From positions 1,664,001-1,728,000 of the forward strand of contig OY769902.1 in the NCBI GenBank assembly GCA_963669175.1: a stretch of 64,000 nt of DNA, written 5' to 3'. This DNA comes from a bacterium. GTDB taxonomy: Bacteria; Electryoneota; Electryoneia; Electryoneales; Electryoneaceae. The translations under genes were made by a program, and so were the position numbers. Numbering within the stretch: position 1 is the stretch's first letter; the number at the start of each line of letters is the position of its first letter. Of this stretch, positions 58,690 through 64,000 are shown piece by piece. The notes under the pieces were generated by a model. The model was not told the origin of the DNA. It did not search any database and worked only from the letters and a program-made list of their open reading frames with translations.

Positions 58690-59103
58690 CTATTTGGCCG
58701 GTGTCGCTTCGGCAGATTCTTCCTCTTGAATCACATCGAAGTTGATTACCTCGTCCAGGTCACGGCCCAGGTTGTTTAATTCGAATTTGGCCGATTCCAG
58801 CATATAGGGATCGACATTTGCGCCATAAGCATCAATGAACTTCTGATAGGCTGCACGCGCTTTGGACGTGTCAAACATGGCATAGGTGGAACCGAGCGTG
58901 AATTGGATATTGGCAGCTTTATCACTGTTGGGATATTGTGTCAGCAGAGTTTCATATGTATTTGCTGCAAGTTCGTACTTCTGCTCCTGGGCAAAAGACT
59001 GCGCCTGCTTGAACAGATCTTCTTCGCACGGTTTTCCCGAACAGGCTCCAAAGAAAATTCCAGCGGCAAGCGCCAGGATTACCACAATAGCCGACTGTCT
59101 CAT
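58690..59103 (-). CDS. TPR lipoprotein (BamD/CpoB-like)
   Basis: Lipobox FGA-C; YETLLTQYPNS, AYQKFIDAY TPR patterns. Confidence 0.8.
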   Translation of the reverse strand: MRQSAIVVILALAAGIFFGACSGKPCEEDLFKQAQSFAQEQKYELAANTYETLLTQYPNSDKAANIQFTLGSTYAMFDTSKARAAYQKFIDAYGANVDPYMLESAKFELNNLGRDLDEVINFDVIQEEESAEATPAK

Positions 59104-59197
59104 GGTTCCAACCTCTCACTGGTGAAAGATGGTTAAAAGTAGCTGTTGTCTTTTTCGAAACGCAAGAATACGGATGAAAAAAGGAAAATTCAAGCTA

Positions 59198-60127
59198 TTA
59201 TCCGGGGAATAGCTCAAAAACCATGGCTGCTGCCCCGGTTAATCCGGCTTTTTCACCCAGATTGGCTCGCTGAACTGTCACATCCGATACATTAGCTTTA
59301 TACGCAATTGCCTTCATTGTGTTCCTTGCCGGTTCCAGCAAGACTTCCCCGGCTCCGGAAATTCCCCCGCCGATCAGAATCAGCGAAGGGTTGAAAATGT
59401 TCAGAAAAATGGCAAGTCCGCGCCCTAACCATTCGCCGACAATTTCCCATACTTCCAACGCTTCAACGCTTCCTTCTGCTGCCAGCTTGCTCAACGCGGC
59501 AGGAGAGGCCGGGACTTTATCGGCACGATAAACCTGTCGTGCAGCCCGCATGACTCCCCTGATATTGCAATATACTTCAAGGCATCCGTGAGCGCCGCAG
59601 CCGCAGATGGGGCCATCAGGATGTAACTGTATGTGCCCCAGCTCCGCGCCGCCGCCACCATGACCACGGAGCAGACTGCCATTCACAAGCACACCGCCGC
59701 CAACACCGGTCCCAAGGGTCAGAACCATAAAGTTGTCATGGTTCTGCGCCGCACCCCAACGATGTTCCGCATAGACGACTACATTGGCATCGTTTTCCAG
59801 GAGGACGGGGATATCGCCAGCGACATTTTGCAGGATATCCGCCAGGGGAACATTATCCCACAAAGGGAAATTGGGAGGAGTCCTTACAATCTTCTGGGTT
59901 TTATCAATCAATCCCGGGCTGCCGATGCCGATCCCGATAACCGGAGACGGTGAAAGGTTTTTGGCTCTGTGGATTACATCGGATAGAATCGCAACAACTG
60001 CATCCGGAGAACGATCCTCCAGTTCAATCCGTTCATCGTGCAGGCTGGCGCCCGTCTCATCCACCAGTCCCCATTTTACCGCAGAACCGCCCAGATCGAG
60101 GCCCAATGCAACCCGTGGCATGGTCAT
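59198..60127 (-). CDS. ROK-family sugar kinase (glucokinase-like)
   Basis: DLGGS, ENDAN, TLGTGVGGG, ELGH, CGCGAHGCLE. Confidence 0.93.
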   Translation of the reverse strand: MTMPRVALGLDLGGSAVKWGLVDETGASLHDERIELEDRSPDAVVAILSDVIHRAKNLSPSPVIGIGIGSPGLIDKTQKIVRTPPNFPLWDNVPLADILQNVAGDIPVLLENDANVVVYAEHRWGAAQNHDNFMVLTLGTGVGGGVLVNGSLLRGHGGGGAELGHIQLHPDGPICGCGAHGCLEVYCNIRGVMRAARQVYRADKVPASPAALSKLAAEGSVEALEVWEIVGEWLGRGLAIFLNIFNPSLILIGGGISGAGEVLLEPARNTMKAIAYKANVSDVTVQRANLGEKAGLTGAAAMVFELFPG

Positions 60128-62334
60128 AACGAACTCCTTTCTACACCCTTCAATTCAGTGCCATTCAAGAAAAGTGTCAGCTCGCCACTTTCTCCTGCCT
60201 TGCGTTCCAATAAGGCTGTTCTTCCCGGTAAGATGTTTATGGATATACTGCAACGAATCTCATCAACGATGACATCCTTGAGGTCAATACTCAGCTTGTC
60301 CTTCCCCTCGATATGGCTGACACAATACCGTCCACGAAAGGGATCACTTTCGATAAGCAACTTGTTCGTTCCAACCGCGAGAATACAGGTATACTCCCTG
60401 TCTTGCCAGAATTCAAGCGGGTCCGGGGGCGAGATCAGGATGCGGCTATGAATCGGAGAAGGGTGCAGCCCCAGAACCGCTTCATAAAAATAGCGAACAC
60501 GTTCACCAATAGTCGCCAGCGCTTCCGGGCTGCCGCCCGGTAATGGCTGCCGTAGTGTCGGGGTACGGCTGTCGTAATACTCAGCATAAGCAAGCGTTTT
60601 CAGGGATTCCCAGTCGTTCTGATGTATACGGTTGTTTTCCCTTATGCGTGTGTATCCGGCAGTCCAGTAGGGTGCGTTGAAACAAACATTCTTAAACAGG
60701 AGATCGCTGTTCCACCGCAAGCCGAGGTCGCATTTCCAGTCATCCGGAATGAGATTGACCAGGTAACGACTATTGACATCATCGCGGTCAATCAGCATTG
60801 ATGTTTCAACATAACCAAGGTTGTACGCGGGATTAGCCAACGCTTCCTGCCAGGCTTCTATATGCTTCTCTGTCCACAAGAAACGGTCACGTTTTAATGT
60901 GGCGCTTATCTGCGCCTGTCCTCTGAACCCGATATCCGTATGGTAGCCAGCGGTCTTTTTCAGAAGAGCTACCCATTCACTGTCATGGGATGACCACCGT
61001 TGTCCGCGTCGGGTGACTTCCTTCAGCATCTGGTACAGGGCGAAACGGTCCTCACTTCCTCGAGGTGGCAGGTTCAACAGATCCAGTTTTCGGGTCCAGT
61101 GCGAGGGATACTTTTTAAAACCTTCACCGTCTTCAGCCGTGGCAGCTTTGCCGATTGCATCGAATAAAACCGCCAGTGATTCCCTGTGCTGCCCAATCAC
61201 CCCGGTATGGCCTGACAGGTCAATCCAGTCCATCCAGCCAACCAGTTCAAACAGGCTTTCTTCCAAATTCAGCATGGAATCCGGTATGGCCAGCAGCGAA
61301 TCGAAACGCGATTCAATCTCCGTGTTCCCACCGCTTGCATACCACCAGGCCGGGATAGCGCGAATCAAGGTAGCGCCATCGGGTTCCAGACCAAGGGGCG
61401 GCAACGGCAACAGACCATGCAACGGACCGGAATCCAGGAAATGACTGGTCGTCAGCCAACGATCCCAGGAAACAGCCACAGCGAGAGTGGTGTCCTTTGA
61501 GAAGAAGGGAGCACGGTTCAATATGTTCAACGCATGGGTTTCCGTGCGCATACGAATTGCCGCTGCATCTTTACCGCACTGTTGCAGGGCTGACAAGGCT
61601 GCTTCCTTTGTCAAACCCGCGCCCAGAAATACAGTGACATTATCTGTATCCCTGAACCTGAAAACACCCGGTTCAAAGACTGTTGCCGCTTTATCCAGAG
61701 GTGAGTAAGCTTCTGCATAATCAATGCGGTGCCGTGAGGGAGCGGGTAACCATTCAGCGTCAGCACGCACTGCCACGAAGCCATACAAATCTGATCCTAC
61801 AAAAAGAACATTTTCTCGTTTATCATAGGATGCGTAACTGTCCAGATAACTCAATCCGGTCGGACGGATGTCAAAGGACAGAGATAATTCGATTACCTGG
61901 TCCAGCGGCGGGGCGATCAATTCAAGCAAGGCGACAGGATTTTCCGTATCCAACGTGATTCGCGTGCCTATCCCGTCCGCCTGGCTGGTTTGAATGAAGT
62001 CAGGACGTACGGCATCCGGTGCGGACACCATGGGTTTTGTCGGAGCTTTCTCCAGTTGCCAGCGCCATCCGGCCAGTAATCGCATGGGGCCGAAATACAG
62101 ACCATCAACCGGTAAGGTATCCGGCGCTGCATCCACCTGATCCCTGTATGGCAGGCAGGCCATCATCCCGCTGGGAGATATCAACAGGGCATGGCCCGGC
62201 TGACTGGTGCGGAGTTCACTCATCCTGTTCAACCAGGCCGCAGTATGTACCGGTGGTTCCGGCGTTTTTCCGCAGCCAATGAGACACAGCAGGAGTATAA
62301 TGCCCCACCCAGGCATCCCGTGTCGCATGCGCAT
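60124..62334 (-). CDS. Large hypothetical lipoprotein (possibly a divergent glycoside hydrolase)
   Basis: Lipobox LIG-C; ATGA overlap with the ROK gene; weak GH-like C-terminus (YEAVLGLHP). Confidence 0.6.
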   Translation of the reverse strand: MRMRHGMPGWGIILLLCLIGCGKTPEPPVHTAAWLNRMSELRTSQPGHALLISPSGMMACLPYRDQVDAAPDTLPVDGLYFGPMRLLAGWRWQLEKAPTKPMVSAPDAVRPDFIQTSQADGIGTRITLDTENPVALLELIAPPLDQVIELSLSFDIRPTGLSYLDSYASYDKRENVLFVGSDLYGFVAVRADAEWLPAPSRHRIDYAEAYSPLDKAATVFEPGVFRFRDTDNVTVFLGAGLTKEAALSALQQCGKDAAAIRMRTETHALNILNRAPFFSKDTTLAVAVSWDRWLTTSHFLDSGPLHGLLPLPPLGLEPDGATLIRAIPAWWYASGGNTEIESRFDSLLAIPDSMLNLEESLFELVGWMDWIDLSGHTGVIGQHRESLAVLFDAIGKAATAEDGEGFKKYPSHWTRKLDLLNLPPRGSEDRFALYQMLKEVTRRGQRWSSHDSEWVALLKKTAGYHTDIGFRGQAQISATLKRDRFLWTEKHIEAWQEALANPAYNLGYVETSMLIDRDDVNSRYLVNLIPDDWKCDLGLRWNSDLLFKNVCFNAPYWTAGYTRIRENNRIHQNDWESLKTLAYAEYYDSRTPTLRQPLPGGSPEALATIGERVRYFYEAVLGLHPSPIHSRILISPPDPLEFWQDREYTCILAVGTNKLLIESDPFRGRYCVSHIEGKDKLSIDLKDVIVDEIRCSISINILPGRTALLERKAGESGELTLFLNGTELKGVERSSL

Positions 62335-62386
62335 GCTTCTACCTCTTTGTTCGCAGTTGTTGATGCGCTACCCTTCCAGTCCCCTG

Positions 62387-62926
62387 CTACGCGCGGTTCT
62401 TAAACGGCAGGAAGCTCATGAAATCCGTGTGGTGTACGATGTACGCTTCCGTGGTGCGTTTCACCATGTCACCTTCACCCGCGTGGGCGGCGATGATATG
62501 GCAGACCTCTTCCGGACAGCCGGCTTCCATGGCCAGCGCAACACCTGAGAAGGGGTGACGAACATGCTTGCCGAACGAACTCTGGACCGCTTTACCGTCT
62601 ACGGTTTCGTATTCAAGCAACTTGCCGACATCGGCCAGGATAGCGCCGCTGACAACGATGTCCAGGTCAATCGGGAGTTCATTACCAAAGAAACTCTGCA
62701 TGATCTTGGCGCTCTCGTAGGAAAGGTGAACCACCGCACGTTTATGCGCCATGAAGCTGACCTTCAGATCCTTGACCAGTAGCGTGAATGGAATTTCTTC
62801 CAGGTCTGCCGCGGTCAAGGGGCTGCGTTCCAGGGCCAGCGCCCAGGTCTTCGCGGTTTTTTCACGCAAGTCGATGTTCTTGATCCAGTTCAGTTCGGGC
62901 CAGAGTTTCTTCGCTTCTTCCAACAT
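62387..62926 (-). CDS. HD/HDIG-domain protein
   Basis: HKRAV, LADVGKLLE, RHPFSG, HIIAAH, HHTDF; start MLEEAK after GGAG. Confidence 0.85.
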   Translation of the reverse strand: MLEEAKKLWPELNWIKNIDLREKTAKTWALALERSPLTAADLEEIPFTLLVKDLKVSFMAHKRAVVHLSYESAKIMQSFFGNELPIDLDIVVSGAILADVGKLLEYETVDGKAVQSSFGKHVRHPFSGVALAMEAGCPEEVCHIIAAHAGEGDMVKRTTEAYIVHHTDFMSFLPFKNRA

Positions 62927-63019
62927 GGTTTGTTTCTCCCACTCGTATGTTGTTTTGTGTTGCGTTCTTGTCAATCATTCTATTCACAATGCCAATTGGC
63001 AAGTATTGTTTTATTCTTC

Positions 63020-63440
63020 TGGTAGTTGTTCCAGAAAGTCATTGCCGTTTAAGTTTAAGGTTGGTGATAGCTTCTTTCTGGCACGATACGGTTATCTCGT
63101 ATAGGGTCCGATTCTTTTTGATTGCCTTCTTTCAGCTATCGCGTATGGAGTCCGATTCCTTCTGATTGCCTTCTCTGGAAATATGTAATTAGTTGTTTTA
63201 GCAGGCTTTAGCCTGCTCTTCTTAGCCCCCGGCTTTAGCCGGGGGAGCAGGGATAATAACGATATCGAGCGCCCTTCAGGGTGCTTTTCTGATTCGTATT
63301 GATTCTATCATGAGAAAGCACGCTAAAGCGCGCTCATAGCTTTTGTAATACCCATCCACCCGGCTAAAGCCGGGTGCTAAGAGGAGCCTGCTGAAGCAGG
63401 CTAATTGCTTTCGAATCAGCAAATGTTTTGGGAACTACCA
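63020..63440. mobile_element. Uninterrupted MITE copy containing REP core copy 3 (63198-63404)
   Basis: Ends TGGTAGTTGTTCCAGAAAGT and GGGAACTACCA; collinear with 22818-23170; internal about 45-bp duplication at 63085-63178. Confidence 0.75.
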
Positions 63441-63543
63441 AGGCACAAAACCTGTAGTTCCACCCCTTCGGGGTGGAGAGATTGTTGCCCTATGTTTTCC
63501 CGGGGCTTACGACCCGCGCTATTCATGTTTCGCCCCTTCGGGG

Positions 63544-63825
63544 CTCTGCAATCTGCCTATTCTCGAGCGAATGTGACAGCGTTTTCTAGAGATTATTTCG
63601 TTTGCCTGTTCTAGAGCGTAAATGACAGCACCCCTTCGGGCTCTGCAATCTGCCTATTTTCGAGCGAATGTGACAACGCCTCCTCAGGATGCGTTTGTTT
63701 CCTTTGCTCGAATATAAATAGCATTATTTCCTCACGACTATTTCGTTTGGCTATTTTCGAGCGTAAATGACAGCGTTCCCTCGAGACTATATTGTTGCCT
63801 GTTCTTGATCAAAATGACAGCGTCT
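63544..63825. repeat. Degenerate tandem repeat, about 48-bp period (TGCCTATTCTCGAGCG..ATGACAGC)
   Basis: About six diverged copies visible by eye. Confidence 0.6.
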
Positions 63826-63873
63826 ATGTTGCTGCCTGATTTCAATTCTTTATTCTTAATTTTTAATTCTTAA

Positions 63874-64000
63874 TTAGATAAGCTCTCCCGGTTGGTTCAG
63901 CACCAGCAGTCTGGGTTCAGTCATTTCTTCCATCGCGTAACGGATGCCTTCCCGTCCGAATCCGCTGTCTTTCACCCCACCGTAGGGCATGGAATCCACA
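63874..64000 (-). CDS. Aldehyde dehydrogenase, 3' end (partial)
   Basis: Manual translation [34 protein letters not shown].. shows the ALDH C-terminal PxGGxKxSGxGREG motif; truncated by the window edge. Confidence 0.9.
   Translation of the reverse strand, partial: VDSMPYGGVKDSGFGREGIRYAMEEMTEPRLLVLNQPGELI

Overview
A 64-kb bacterial chromosomal segment. It probably comes from an FCB-group lineage, inferred from several secreted proteins ending in a T9SS/FlgD-Ig-like C-terminal sorting domain (PNPF...G.Y) plus a gingipain-like C25 protein. Housekeeping and metabolic genes include folC, recO, a two-subunit methylmalonyl-CoA mutase, tRNA-Ser(CGA), a cation:proton antiporter, sppA, a ROK kinase and the 3' end of an aldehyde dehydrogenase. 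It also holds a TonB-dependent receptor paired with a CTD protein, a sigma54 activator next to a consensus -24/-12 promoter, and a surface-polysaccharide cluster (GT2, tandem GT4, DegT, Wzi-like, GT4). Accessory highlights: (i) an AT-rich island (about 12.47-14.4 kb) encoding a DUF5343-like protein tightly linked to a HEPN (RxxxxH) protein, a candidate uncharacterised defence or toxin-antitoxin system; (ii) an intact IS110/IS1111-type element with definable ends, a CG core and a long 3' non-coding end (bridge/seekRNA candidate), inserted into the terminal repeat of a REP-containing MITE whose empty form is also in the window; (iii) many distinct REP/MITE families in the intergenic regions; (iv) several enzymes with altered catalytic motifs or unusual fusions (barrel-SppA, signal-peptide DEDDh nuclease, His-less C25, degenerate HD-GYP). 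All family calls come from motif recognition by eye, not database searches.
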